Below are positions 26,683 to 36,967 of a DNA stretch of 64,000 nucleotides, piece by piece; within the stretch, counting starts at the first letter, position 1; every line of letters begins with the position of its first letter. The translations under genes and the position numbers were made by a program. The notes below the pieces were generated by a model that was given only the letters and a program-made list of their open reading frames with translations, ran no database searches and was not told the origin of the DNA. The DNA is from a virus (lineage: Duplodnaviria; Caudoviricetes): IMG/VR virus record IMGVR_UViG_3300031992_000019; one strand, given 5' to 3'.

Positions 26683-26867
26683 TAGAAGCAGTCCGTATAT
26701 TCGGTATCGTCAACGTCCTCAAGAAACAATGCCGCGTCCTGCGCAATCTGTATCTGCTCCTTGATGAACTCCTGTATTCTTCGCCCCGACACCCTCATAT
26801 TGTCGGTGGAGGCATCACCTCCCCAGTCTTGGTCGAAGCTGACCAGTTTCTTGTTGTATGTAGCCAT
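26682..26867 (-). CDS. Small tail-associated protein
   Basis: DWGGD...VSG.RIQEFIK. Confidence 0.55.
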   Translation of the reverse strand: MATYNKKLVSFDQDWGGDASTDNMRVSGRRIQEFIKEQIQIAQDAALFLEDVDDTEYTDCF

Positions 26868-27163
26868 CAGTCTATCCAGCCTTTAAGGTTGCTCCACGAG
26901 TTTTCGTTGTGCCACCCGTCATTCATTATCACGGGCATCATTATGTCTATCGGGCAGTATAGACCCATACTTGCATCGGTTATCCTCTCCTCGAAACTTG
27001 CCCTTGTATTTATCACCGCGCTCGTCTTGACCGATGCCCCGATTCTTGCGTACATCTTGGTCTTGAACCCGAAGACACCCCTGACCCTCGCCACTGGTAT
27101 GTCCTGCCCTAATTTGACATCCGTGGATATTATCGGGGTGATTCTAACAGTTAGGCATCCCAT
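26867..27163 (-). CDS. Hypothetical tail-module protein
   Basis: ORF track; operon packing. Confidence 0.5.
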   Translation of the reverse strand: MGCLTVRITPIISTDVKLGQDIPVARVRGVFGFKTKMYARIGASVKTSAVINTRASFEERITDASMGLYCPIDIMMPVIMNDGWHNENSWSNLKGWID

Positions 27164-27164
27164 A

Positions 27165-27737
27165 TTAAGAAGGAGATATGGCGGTAACTCCCGTGGACAC
27201 GATGAGAACCTCCTTGATGCTCTTTCCAGTCTGCACGTCGGGGTACTCCACGGTCACTACCGCGTTTATATTGCCGTTGGTGAATCCCGTGGTGTCGCAG
27301 ATGGCGATGTAATCGTCACTGAAGTCCGTGATGGCATAGTCAACGTCATCCACCGCTCCCCCAGCAACGATATTCACCACCATATCGCTATTGGCTTGAT
27401 ACCTTATCGTTTCAGTAGTCGCAGCCACCAAGGTAGTGTTACCGCTCACCAAGGACAAGGAGTATATGGACGGGGATATGGTTATCCAAGCACCTTCCGA
27501 GAGGGAGATGCCCGCGCTCTTGTAACCCGCGCCAGAGCAGTCTGCGGAATATGTCGATTCGCTTTCCACCATCGTCATGTCCGACTTCTCCACAAGATAG
27601 GAACGCGAGTTGTATTTTCCGTTGATGTAGAACTCCGCAGAGATGTCCACATCATCGTCCGAGAGGTGTGCATCGCCCAGTCCGTCAATGTGGATGAGCA
27701 TCTTGAACCTCGAGCCTAAACCGATATTGCTTGCCAT
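27165..27737 (-). CDS. Tail-module Ig-like protein
   Basis: Start at MASNIG after a late promoter. Confidence 0.6.
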   Translation of the reverse strand: MASNIGLGSRFKMLIHIDGLGDAHLSDDDVDISAEFYINGKYNSRSYLVEKSDMTMVESESTYSADCSGAGYKSAGISLSEGAWITISPSIYSLSLVSGNTTLVAATTETIRYQANSDMVVNIVAGGAVDDVDYAITDFSDDYIAICDTTGFTNGNINAVVTVEYPDVQTGKSIKEVLIVSTGVTAISPS

Positions 27738-27752
27738 AATGATTTTTATTGC

Positions 27753-27822
27753 GCAAAGATACACAAAACAAAACCTCCACAATCAAATTATGAAGGTTTG
27801 TTTGCACTTTATAATTTTGTGC
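27753..27822 (-). promoter_or_regulatory. Late-class promoter
   Basis: TATCTTTG plus GCAC-N11-GTGC (27804-27822) 43 bp upstream. Confidence 0.7.
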
Positions 27823-27824
27823 GG

Positions 27825-30113
27825 TTAAGTACGATATTCGGGAATCGTAATGGTGAATCTATATAGATAAGCATTCGAGCTATTCACAAGAACGCAGTAG
27901 AGGACTCCGTTGCCAGCATATATGATACCATCATGCTCATAGCCGTTCAATATCCTATTTGTGGGTAGCCATCCGATGATGTTTCCAGACGATGTTCCCG
28001 CCCTATAAAATACCAATCCCGCGTGCTTGTACGGCATGTCCATTGTCGGGCCATAGGAGTTGACGAATATATCATCCTTGCCTGACTGGGTAATAATGGT
28101 GCAGTCTTGTCCCGTTCTTTGATAGAAACTTGGAAGGATTCTAACGGCATTTGTCATCGTTGACAAATCGAAGATGGTGTCCACATAGATTGATGAGTCA
28201 TTGAAGCTCATAGGTATTCTCCAAAGTCCCCTCAACCTCGAATTTGAGTCACTCGACCTTGCCATCATGTAAAGAATATTTCCATTCACTTGGTTGTCAA
28301 GTAAAAGACAATTTGTGAATGTCCAATCGCAGATTCTTTGGATAGTGAAGGATGTTGCCGTTGTTCCCGCCAACCTAAATACAATTAGTTTGTCACTACT
28401 TTCCGACGAGGTGTGAACATTGGTAAGCAGCATCGGGTAATAGTCACTTTCCGAATATTTCTTCGGAAGGAAACATGCACTATTCGCGTGTATGTCGCTT
28501 TGATATGAGGAATTGGTTATCGTAGCCGCCACCTTCAAGGTGTCAAGGTTGATAACCTTTACTTGCCTCATTGTAGCGGAAAACGTGAGCATATACCCGT
28601 TGTAGAGAGCTGCGCTCTGATTCCATGTATTGTTGGTACTCGACGTGCCTACTGCTCCCAAGTCCAATACCTTCTCCCACTTGAAGGCTGGAACACCCCA
28701 TGCCGATGTGCAAGCGTAGTTTATCTCTATACCCTTGATGTCGCTCTCCGACAACACTGTAGCGGTATAATCCGAGGCATAAGATGGGTTTAGTGCAAAA
28801 TGCCCAGTCATCTTCGGGATTATAGTGCCTACCCCATTTGCATCAAGTTCGATGGAAAGAAGTCCGCTATTATCTGCGTTATATGTCCCATAAGAAGAGC
28901 AATACCATGTCCTCACCTTGATGGTCTCGTTGGAGTGGTTTGGCACTTTGATGATTAGAGGCTCATCCTTTACCACTGGGATTATTTCCGTCCTATAATG
29001 CACAGAGTCCGTGACAACAGTCTTATTCTCGCCCCACTTACCCCCGCTATATTTGATATAGGCCAAGTTGCCGTTGACTTTCGGCACTAATACCGAGTCA
29101 CCAGTAATTTGGAACGGGGAAGTGACAATGTTTCCATTAAGCAACAACCCTTGGATTGTTTCTCCATAAACCGTGGGGACTGCGCTTATTTCTATGTCCG
29201 TATTTGTAAAGACCTCCAAATCCACGCCATTTGCCGAGGTATAGGAGCCTGACGTTGTGGTAGAGGCATCGCCTTGGTCGGCAGTGATATTAACATCGTA
29301 CTTTCCTAAGATGGTGAGTTTCTTGTCCTCTATCACTACTTGCTGTGTCGCACTCGCAATAACCACTATATCTCCGCTGACATTACTGATGCTATACGTG
29401 TAGCCGCTTGTAGGAGTTACCACATTCCCGTTATGGGTTACGACAACGGAGTCCATATCATAACCGTTGTCTGGTGACAACGTAAACGAATAGTTCGCGC
29501 CCTCATTGACAACCATTGTAGTATTGTCGGAGGTGCAATTAGTGAGGTCGTATGTCACGAGGAATGTATCAACGGCTTGTGCCTCCGCTATGGCAGATAT
29601 CACTATGTCACCCGATACACTATTGACCCTATATGTGAAACCGCTTCCAGCGGGCATTATAGACATTCCGTTATGGGTAACAGAGATGCTGCTTATGACA
29701 TAATCTGCCCTTGGCATCAAAGTAACCACGAAACTTGAACCCTCCGCGATAGTAGAGACATCGGTGCTTGACATCACGTTGGTCAAGTTGTAAGTTACCG
29801 AGTAGTTCACCTCTTGGTGCTGTACCGCCGTGGCATTGATGATGATGTTTCCTATCACGTTGTCGATAGTATAGGTATATCCGCTTGAAGGACTCACCTC
29901 TTGCCCGTTGTGCATGACTGTAACCGAGTCCATGTCATACCCTTCCGCAGGGGTCAAGGTAACGGAATAGGTAGAGCCTTCCACTACGGATGTCGCGTTG
30001 TTGGAGGCGACAACATGCAAAAGGTTTCTTATGACGCTATATGTGGTCGATACCGAACTATCTATTGCGTTAAAGGAGAAGTCAGCTCCCTTTATTTTCA
30101 CTCTTATGCCCAT
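27825..30113 (-). CDS. Receptor-binding-like protein: tandem ~77-aa Ig/InlB-B-like repeats plus propeller-like C-terminus
   Basis: Three repeats YSV.YNL..V.S.....V.EGS.Y..TL.P..GY....V.V.HNG...I..VSGDI.I.A.A. Confidence 0.65.
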   Translation of the reverse strand: MGIRVKIKGADFSFNAIDSSVSTTYSVIRNLLHVVASNNATSVVEGSTYSVTLTPAEGYDMDSVTVMHNGQEVSPSSGYTYTIDNVIGNIIINATAVQHQEVNYSVTYNLTNVMSSTDVSTIAEGSSFVVTLMPRADYVISSISVTHNGMSIMPAGSGFTYRVNSVSGDIVISAIAEAQAVDTFLVTYDLTNCTSDNTTMVVNEGANYSFTLSPDNGYDMDSVVVTHNGNVVTPTSGYTYSISNVSGDIVVIASATQQVVIEDKKLTILGKYDVNITADQGDASTTTSGSYTSANGVDLEVFTNTDIEISAVPTVYGETIQGLLLNGNIVTSPFQITGDSVLVPKVNGNLAYIKYSGGKWGENKTVVTDSVHYRTEIIPVVKDEPLIIKVPNHSNETIKVRTWYCSSYGTYNADNSGLLSIELDANGVGTIIPKMTGHFALNPSYASDYTATVLSESDIKGIEINYACTSAWGVPAFKWEKVLDLGAVGTSSTNNTWNQSAALYNGYMLTFSATMRQVKVINLDTLKVAATITNSSYQSDIHANSACFLPKKYSESDYYPMLLTNVHTSSESSDKLIVFRLAGTTATSFTIQRICDWTFTNCLLLDNQVNGNILYMMARSSDSNSRLRGLWRIPMSFNDSSIYVDTIFDLSTMTNAVRILPSFYQRTGQDCTIITQSGKDDIFVNSYGPTMDMPYKHAGLVFYRAGTSSGNIIGWLPTNRILNGYEHDGIIYAGNGVLYCVLVNSSNAYLYRFTITIPEYRT

Positions 30114-30114
30114 A

Positions 30115-30975
30115 TCAGCTATTTATTTGACTTAATAATTGATTTATTAAAGCGTCTATCTCTGCTTTCGTGTAGTAGTTGGCACTATTGAAGTTCTTAG
30201 TTCTAAAATGCCCCTTCTCAAACCTTCCCAAGACGTTTCCGCTCTCATCGGTGATGTCCAAGTCGCTTTCAGCCTCCTTGTCAATCACTATCTCCGTGCA
30301 AGCATCCCCGCTATAGAAGTTCTTTGTCCGAAAATGTCCGTTCTCGAATCGACCCAAGACATTGCCATTCATATCGGAGATGTCCAAGTCGCCTTCACCT
30401 TCAGCATCAACCTCTATATTGGAATCACCGCCAATCGGCACAAGTCCGTCATTCTCCCACACGTAGAGTTTCCACTCCTCAATGCAGAAATAAAGTTTCT
30501 CCTCATAGGGTGTCTCCCCATCCGAATACTCGTCCCTATTCACCCAGTTGTTGTAGTATTGGGATAGAGGTGTCACGACACCTTGGACATACCCGAACTC
30601 GTTGTTGTTGGAGAAGAAATACACCTCGTCTGGGGTACTTGTCGCAGTAGAGGATGATGTTTTCACCATACCGCTTGTCTTGATGGCGCGGAAGAATGAT
30701 ACCTTGACCTTTTTAAGCTCTTCTCTTTGCCCGTCTAATGCCTCTGCCGCCGCCTCGTTACTGATGGGGTTCTGACTTGTCGGGTCTAAAACGGTATCAA
30801 CATTATACACGGCATTCTCCGACCGCTCATATAGCTGCCCGAGGTACTCGATGATTTTGTTGTACTCCTCCGAGGTCTGCTTGTAGTTATCTGGGAGGGG
30901 TACAACCACCGAGGTTAGTTTCGGGTATCTGCTTGAGTTTTCAAGATACTCCTTGTTTTCGATTATCGTACTCAT
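30115..30975 (-). CDS. Tail-associated protein with internal duplication
   Basis: DLDI.D..GNVLGRFE.GHFRTKNF twice; VD..LDPTS.NPISN. Confidence 0.65.
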   Translation of the reverse strand: MSTIIENKEYLENSSRYPKLTSVVVPLPDNYKQTSEEYNKIIEYLGQLYERSENAVYNVDTVLDPTSQNPISNEAAAEALDGQREELKKVKVSFFRAIKTSGMVKTSSSTATSTPDEVYFFSNNNEFGYVQGVVTPLSQYYNNWVNRDEYSDGETPYEEKLYFCIEEWKLYVWENDGLVPIGGDSNIEVDAEGEGDLDISDMNGNVLGRFENGHFRTKNFYSGDACTEIVIDKEAESDLDITDESGNVLGRFEKGHFRTKNFNSANYYTKAEIDALINQLLSQINS

Positions 30976-31175
30976 TAGAATCCTATTGGGAATGTGTAGT
31001 CAAATGCTGTGTTGTTCTCTTTTTGCTCGTCAATGATGTCCCAGCGCATCCTCAACCTCAATACCTGCATCAAGGTGTCGTGGGTGTCTTCCTCGGGTTT
31101 CATTCGGTTCTCCCCGACTATGTTCACCTCATAGTTGCCTAATCGGGGGTTGCCCGTCACTCTCAAGCATTTCAT
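30975..31175 (-). CDS. Small tail protein
   Basis: C-terminal FDYTFPIGF. Confidence 0.55.
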   Translation of the reverse strand: MKCLRVTGNPRLGNYEVNIVGENRMKPEEDTHDTLMQVLRLRMRWDIIDEQKENNTAFDYTFPIGF

Positions 31176-34100
31176 TGGTCATAGTATCTAAATGTTGCTG
31201 CCGACATCCTTGTCACTATCCAGTCGCAATACCCGTCATTCGGGACGGATTGGAACTCTATTAAACCATAGCCGATACATATATGTATTACGAAATAGAA
31301 CTTTCCAAGTGGCACTGGTGTCAATCCCGAACTCTTGTCCGCGTCACGGCTGACTCCTATGAACGGATAGTTTGGTTGGAAATGAGGTTCAAAATCGCTA
31401 TCGTAGAAGTCTGTCGAGAAATTCAATCCATACGCGCTGACATCGCCCTCGCCAGTAGAGTAGTATTTCGTATTGACAAAAAGGACACACGTACCATTCG
31501 GGCAATAATCCGAAAGGAGCATCTCCTCATCGCGGGTGAGATTCACAGCCAAATCATGATTCACAATGAAGTTTCTGCACGCCCCCACCTCGAATTTCCG
31601 ATACTCGCTGTAACTTATCTTCTCATAGTAATTCCCTTTGAGTAGTTCAAGCAAGTCTATCGAATATATCTCCGAGTATTGGCTTCCGTCCTTCTCATAA
31701 AGGACAGGTATCGTCACGAACTCTTCGACATAGTTCTTTGCCGTGATTGTTCCCGTTATGGACACATCGCCCTCCTCGGTTACTTTGAAGTTCTGCGTGT
31801 TGACAACAAAGTAGGTTGCTTTGATGCCTATCTCGCTATAGTATTGCCCAGATGTTTCATCGTACTTGCAAAACGCGGATATTATCGCAGAAGCCTTTAG
31901 CTCGTCATTCTCCCACAAATCCGACCAAAGGGATGCGAAGTTGGATGTAGTAAGTACACCAGCACCATATAAGAGTTTTGTCACTTGCTGTCCCTCCTCC
32001 TCTACCGTTTCCCATTCCCACGAACTTAAAGCGTTGTAGATGTCCGAGAACTGCGTTAGAGATACCTGCCCCGTGAACCCTTGGATGTCAAGATGCTCCT
32101 TCAAGTCATCTATATAGACTTGCGTCTGCGCGTCTATTCCCGATTCGCTCGCTGCTGCAAACTCCCTCCTAATGCCGTTGGTGATGTTCTTCCTTAATAG
32201 GTTGAGCTGGTTATAGTATCTGCTCACCGCACCCGAATACTCATAACCTCTTATGGCTATCCCGCCCGACCTGTTCACATACGATATGGTATAGGTGTTC
32301 GGCACTCCGACAATAGATGCTCCCTCCGTGGCGAATAACGTATATCCGCTCGAATTGATTAGCGGTGTGTCTGCATTGGGGGATGCAAGGAAGTAATCAA
32401 GAAAGGCTTTCAGTGCATTGTATGCGCTCACGTAACCCAAAGAGGAAACGTGGGTAATGTTACCCTGCGAATCCGTGATGTTGATAGCCGCCGCCTCTGC
32501 GGTTATCTGCTCCTTCTCCGCATTTATCTGTGTCCTCCAGTTCTTTAGTTGAACCTTCTCTTGCTTTGTTATCACGGAGTCACTCGCCATATTGGTAAGT
32601 GTCTGCGCGTTGGCTTGCGAGGTCTCCAAGGCTTGAATAAGAAAGTCATCGGACTTCCTCTTCCATACATAATCTCCATTAAGAACCTCGAACCTGTAAC
32701 ATACCCCGTCCAAAGTAAGGGCGATGTCCTTAAGGTGGTCTGGGTACTCGGATTCCTCCCAATAGTTCTCGGCTGCTGGGAATCCCGCGTAGTCGGCTTG
32801 AAGAATAGAGATAATCTCCCCATTCTCCAAAGGCGCGTTGTTTTCCACATACCACACCAGGAAACTCTCGTCAAGAACCTCACCTACATCCTTCGATGCT
32901 CCGTTGGCTACGATTTTAAGTGACCCCACCTCAAGTTTGGAGTTCTCCGCGTTGAGGTCAACTTTCAGTTTGGTGCTATCAAGATGAAAGGTGTTTACCC
33001 CCTTGTAGATTCTAAAGAATGGTGAACCCTCGCCAGCGGAGTCCAAGAAGATGACGTTCTGCCTGTTCGGTTGGTCGGTCGCCCTCGAACCACATAGAAC
33101 CACCTCGTCACCCACCAAAGGAATATCGCTGCCCTCCGCGTAGGTGTCGCCTATCATACCCGCATCCTCGGTGACATCGAAATCTATGTAATGTTCGTTA
33201 CCCTCCGTACCTACCGCATCAACAAGTCGCCACCAGAAATGGTTTGAGAATTGCCCTTCGGAGTCGGTCAAGTTGAATGTCTGCACTAATGCTTGGTCGC
33301 CCACCATCCAGTTATTCGAGATGGAGTTGCCGTCCTCATCCTCTGCGGTGAAGTAACACCTCAATTTCTCATTGGGAAGAGGCTCGGTACGTGTTATCTT
33401 GCATCGTGTGGCAGATAATACTATCGCGCCACCTACGTGGGAAATCTTGTCTATCTCCACCTCGGAGGCGGTGAGTTTCTTGTTGACGTGAAGATAGTCG
33501 AACTGCGCGTGCCAGTAGCCGTTCTCCTTGTATATCCCCGCTCCTTCTATGCCCCTTATCAAAGAGTACCCGAAATCGACATCGTTGTTGATATCCACCT
33601 CGCCATTGAAAGTGGCAAAGGAGTTGAACGTGGCAGACCCCGAAGATACAAGACCTTTCTTGAAGGTTATCTTTCCATTTGCGGTGTCATCGTCCAACTT
33701 GGAGAGGTAATACTCCTTTCCGTACTCCTTGATGAGTTCCCTTATATCCGATGGATTGACACTACCAGAACCCGACCCCGAGCCAGAGAAGGTGATTTTA
33801 GAGGTTAAAGCCGAGATGCTCTTGGCGGTTTCCTCGCTCCTTGAGTATGCTCCGCTCTCACCGACAATGTATTTCGGGGTGTCCCAAGGATAATCCAGTT
33901 TCTGCTCAAAGCCGATAATCCTCGAGTCCCTATACGTGGAGAAGTAACCGAGATTGATTACCCTTACCTTATCTCCCAAGGCAGGCAGACCGCTTCCGTT
34001 ATATAATCCCTTCGCGTAGGAACTCATCAACGGACACGTATATCGTCCCGAATCCTTCTTGACCTTATTCAGCGTTTTAATGGCTTCTGCCGCGAGTTTC

Positions 34101-36250
34101 TTCTCCGCAGAGGCAACTATACCCTCATCGCCAGTAAGTAGCATAGAGGGGTCATAGCCGACAAATACAAGGGTGTCACCAGTTGCGGGTTTCAGTACGT
34201 CATTAGGTAAATCAATTCCGTAGGTGTCATTGATGATTAACTCATAGCAATAGACATTCGTCTGGGTGGTCAAGTCATCGTGCCTATCTTTTAAGAACTT
34301 CACCTCGAAGCTCATTCCCGCCATCAGTCCCGACTGAAGCGTACACTCCAATTTATCAATGATAAAGTCCTCGTCAAACGGAAACTCGTTGCTATCAACG
34401 AAGATATAGTAGTGGGGAACGGTGATTTTAGATACACCGCTCTCGTCCTCGGGGTCATCCTCTTGCTCCGTCCACCGATAAACGTCCTTTATGGTCAAAG
34501 TCTTTGACGGGTAGATGTCATCATAGACCTTAACCAACTCCACAACCCTCGACTCGATAAGATGGGACTGGTCGGTATAGTTAACCTCTCCGTCTGAATA
34601 AATGTCCTCGGAGTCGATGTAATTAAAGGGGTACAAGTCAATAGGAAGCATCAGCCTCCTTTCGTAATTGGATATGTCCGTTGCGAAATCGTCCGTGAAA
34701 TACCCCACGGGGACTTGTCCCGAAAGAACATCGGAGTTCTTGACATCGCCCGTCTCATCGCAGAACATATACATATCCCCCACACCCAAGGTCACGTTGT
34801 CATATACCGCGCTCCTTAAAGAGGTGACGCAGCAGCTATCGGGGTTTATCACCGCAGAGATGACCTGCCCTCTTCTTGAACCTGTTAAAGGCTTGATGTG
34901 GGTTTGAACCTTGTAGTCGGAGAATCGCCATGAAGCACTTATCGCCATAGACATATCCGAATACAAAGCATCATTCGTGAATCCGTTAAGATGGACTACG
35001 CACCTATCCGAATTAAGTGGGGTGAAGAAATTATCGAACACCTCATAGTCCATGTAGAAGATGAGGTTATTTTGGTCTCTCGATGCCGTAACCGAAGGAA
35101 GAATGTCTATGTAATAGTTTTCCGTCCCTTCCTCGTATTGTATGAGGTTGTTCGCGGAATCGTAGAACTCTATCCTTATCGTTGTTTCCCTCAAGAGGTT
35201 TAGGATGGTGCTTGACACTTGATTCCAATTAGTAGGGATGGGTTTAGTCAGTGTCAGCCTACCGACATTTAACGTGCATTGCTGGTACTCGTTGATTCTA
35301 AACGAACTAAATATATTTGCGTTTACGAAAGCTCCGTTAGAATAGCCGCTATTATTCGTTTTGTCGGTTGGCTTTACCCTCTTTGCGGACTTGAAGAAAC
35401 AAGCCTTCATAGGTCTTGCGGAATCTTCGCCAGTGGTTGACGTGGCGGTGAGGACGAGTTTCTTCCTATACCTTAACGGGATGTTCTTGTTAGAGCCGAA
35501 GGCGATGAGTCGGGTGCAGAACTCGTCTTGCGAGTCGCCCCTCTGCATCTCCTCCACTTGCTCACCAAGATTCCAGACCAAATCGGATTCCCTCTCGCAA
35601 TGACCGAAATGTAGTGTCCTGCCCTCGAACCACCATTCGCAGTTGAAGTTGTCCTCCTTGCACAAGAGGTTTATCGCGTCAGTTATCTTGACCGCCTCGA
35701 AAGAGATGCCCTTTGCCTTGTGTTCGGGTTTGCCGTCCTCCGCGTCCGTTGACCAGTCTATCACGCAGTTCACCTCAAGGCACTCATTATCCGCAAGCAT
35801 CCTCTCATACCCCTCCTCGGTGCGTCCCGATACGGACATATATTCCTTGTAGGTATAGGGTGGGTTGCCCGAATAGATATTCAGATTATACTCTCTCAAG
35901 CACCTCAAGATGACCCTCCAGAAGCCATCCAAGGTGTCCGTAAGGGAAAACGAGGTCTCCTGTGCGCCATATTCGGGGTTCAATGTGAGAATCCTTCCGT
36001 TCCAGAAGTAGTACCACGCATCCAACTGCACGTCATACTCATATCCCCCAGTAGATTTGTTCCACTTGGGTTTGTAGTCCTCTTTGAGGATATACTTGTC
36101 CACATACGTACCCCTATGAAGAATGACTGGGTTGGCAAGATTGAACTTTACCCTTATGTAGTCACTCTTCATCAGTTCCTTGTGTAGAACGGAGTCGGCG
36201 GTGGGATTGAACTCCACCAGAGCATTATGTTGGTAGTCGCGCAGAATCAT
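31172..36250 (-). CDS. Tail tip / Tal-like hub protein
   Basis: TRLIAFGS.KNIP, RLMLP, YDDIYP, SRIIGFE; ~1690 aa after the Dit-like gene. Confidence 0.8.
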   Translation of the reverse strand: MILRDYQHNALVEFNPTADSVLHKELMKSDYIRVKFNLANPVILHRGTYVDKYILKEDYKPKWNKSTGGYEYDVQLDAWYYFWNGRILTLNPEYGAQETSFSLTDTLDGFWRVILRCLREYNLNIYSGNPPYTYKEYMSVSGRTEEGYERMLADNECLEVNCVIDWSTDAEDGKPEHKAKGISFEAVKITDAINLLCKEDNFNCEWWFEGRTLHFGHCERESDLVWNLGEQVEEMQRGDSQDEFCTRLIAFGSNKNIPLRYRKKLVLTATSTTGEDSARPMKACFFKSAKRVKPTDKTNNSGYSNGAFVNANIFSSFRINEYQQCTLNVGRLTLTKPIPTNWNQVSSTILNLLRETTIRIEFYDSANNLIQYEEGTENYYIDILPSVTASRDQNNLIFYMDYEVFDNFFTPLNSDRCVVHLNGFTNDALYSDMSMAISASWRFSDYKVQTHIKPLTGSRRGQVISAVINPDSCCVTSLRSAVYDNVTLGVGDMYMFCDETGDVKNSDVLSGQVPVGYFTDDFATDISNYERRLMLPIDLYPFNYIDSEDIYSDGEVNYTDQSHLIESRVVELVKVYDDIYPSKTLTIKDVYRWTEQEDDPEDESGVSKITVPHYYIFVDSNEFPFDEDFIIDKLECTLQSGLMAGMSFEVKFLKDRHDDLTTQTNVYCYELIINDTYGIDLPNDVLKPATGDTLVFVGYDPSMLLTGDEGIVASAEKKLAAEAIKTLNKVKKDSGRYTCPLMSSYAKGLYNGSGLPALGDKVRVINLGYFSTYRDSRIIGFEQKLDYPWDTPKYIVGESGAYSRSEETAKSISALTSKITFSGSGSGSGSVNPSDIRELIKEYGKEYYLSKLDDDTANGKITFKKGLVSSGSATFNSFATFNGEVDINNDVDFGYSLIRGIEGAGIYKENGYWHAQFDYLHVNKKLTASEVEIDKISHVGGAIVLSATRCKITRTEPLPNEKLRCYFTAEDEDGNSISNNWMVGDQALVQTFNLTDSEGQFSNHFWWRLVDAVGTEGNEHYIDFDVTEDAGMIGDTYAEGSDIPLVGDEVVLCGSRATDQPNRQNVIFLDSAGEGSPFFRIYKGVNTFHLDSTKLKVDLNAENSKLEVGSLKIVANGASKDVGEVLDESFLVWYVENNAPLENGEIISILQADYAGFPAAENYWEESEYPDHLKDIALTLDGVCYRFEVLNGDYVWKRKSDDFLIQALETSQANAQTLTNMASDSVITKQEKVQLKNWRTQINAEKEQITAEAAAINITDSQGNITHVSSLGYVSAYNALKAFLDYFLASPNADTPLINSSGYTLFATEGASIVGVPNTYTISYVNRSGGIAIRGYEYSGAVSRYYNQLNLLRKNITNGIRREFAAASESGIDAQTQVYIDDLKEHLDIQGFTGQVSLTQFSDIYNALSSWEWETVEEEGQQVTKLLYGAGVLTTSNFASLWSDLWENDELKASAIISAFCKYDETSGQYYSEIGIKATYFVVNTQNFKVTEEGDVSITGTITAKNYVEEFVTIPVLYEKDGSQYSEIYSIDLLELLKGNYYEKISYSEYRKFEVGACRNFIVNHDLAVNLTRDEEMLLSDYCPNGTCVLFVNTKYYSTGEGDVSAYGLNFSTDFYDSDFEPHFQPNYPFIGVSRDADKSSGLTPVPLGKFYFVIHICIGYGLIEFQSVPNDGYCDWIVTRMSAATFRYYDQ

Positions 36251-36254
36251 TTGT

Positions 36255-36325
36255 GCAAAGATAGAGAAATTCCCCCTTCTAAAAGAAGAAAGGGGAATGT
36301 TTAACGGCACTTACTAATTTCGTGC
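36255..36325 (-). promoter_or_regulatory. Late-class promoter, likely leaderless
   Basis: TATCTTTGCACAAATG plus GCAC-N11-GTGC (36307-36325) 44 bp upstream. Confidence 0.7.
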
Positions 36326-36967
36326 CAAAGATGATGGTATGACACTTGACCCAGCCGTCCTGTTATACGGGTTGGTCTCCTCGAACTTCATCGTCAGGGA
36401 ACACATCGTCCTCAATAAATCCTGCGAATGAGTAGCACCCTTGCCCTTGTAATGGAGATGATAGACGATATCGGGGTTCTCCTTGGGAATACATATATCC
36501 ATCGTCACTTGGCTTAACAGATTGTAGAACCTCTCCCTCTTGTCTTGGAAGTCTGCCCTCATAAGACAAATGGGAGTCACCCCGTCCGCTATGACCCTAT
36601 CCGTGATGTCCATCCACTTTGAATTATACCACCAATACACCCCATCCACTAAATAGACGTTGTGTATATTTCCCGTGGTCGGTCGGGTACTCCTTGTAAT
36701 AAGTGACACACTGCCCCCGAAGGTTGAACACAAGGTAAAGGTAAGGGTTATCTCCCGATAGTTGAACCTCTCCCCCATAAAAGGGGCACTGGTGTCCTTG
36801 AGGGTGATTTCCCGCCCGTGGTTCATTCTGGACTCGTTGGTTATGTAGTCCTTCATCTCTCGCGGTGCAAGGAGGGTGTCGAGAAACCCGTCACCCATCC
36901 TTATACCATACTCGGCATACGCATCAACAAGCGTCCCGCCAGTCTTTCCGATAATCAAATCTATCAT
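36314..36967 (-). CDS. Distal tail (Dit-like) protein
   Basis: Directly after the TMP; DAY..YGIRMG...KDYITNESR..HG...REITLTF...KFEE.NP.NR. Confidence 0.7.
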   Translation of the reverse strand: MIDLIIGKTGGTLVDAYAEYGIRMGDGFLDTLLAPREMKDYITNESRMNHGREITLKDTSAPFMGERFNYREITLTFTLCSTFGGSVSLITRSTRPTTGNIHNVYLVDGVYWWYNSKWMDITDRVIADGVTPICLMRADFQDKRERFYNLLSQVTMDICIPKENPDIVYHLHYKGKGATHSQDLLRTMCSLTMKFEETNPYNRTAGSSVIPSSLARN

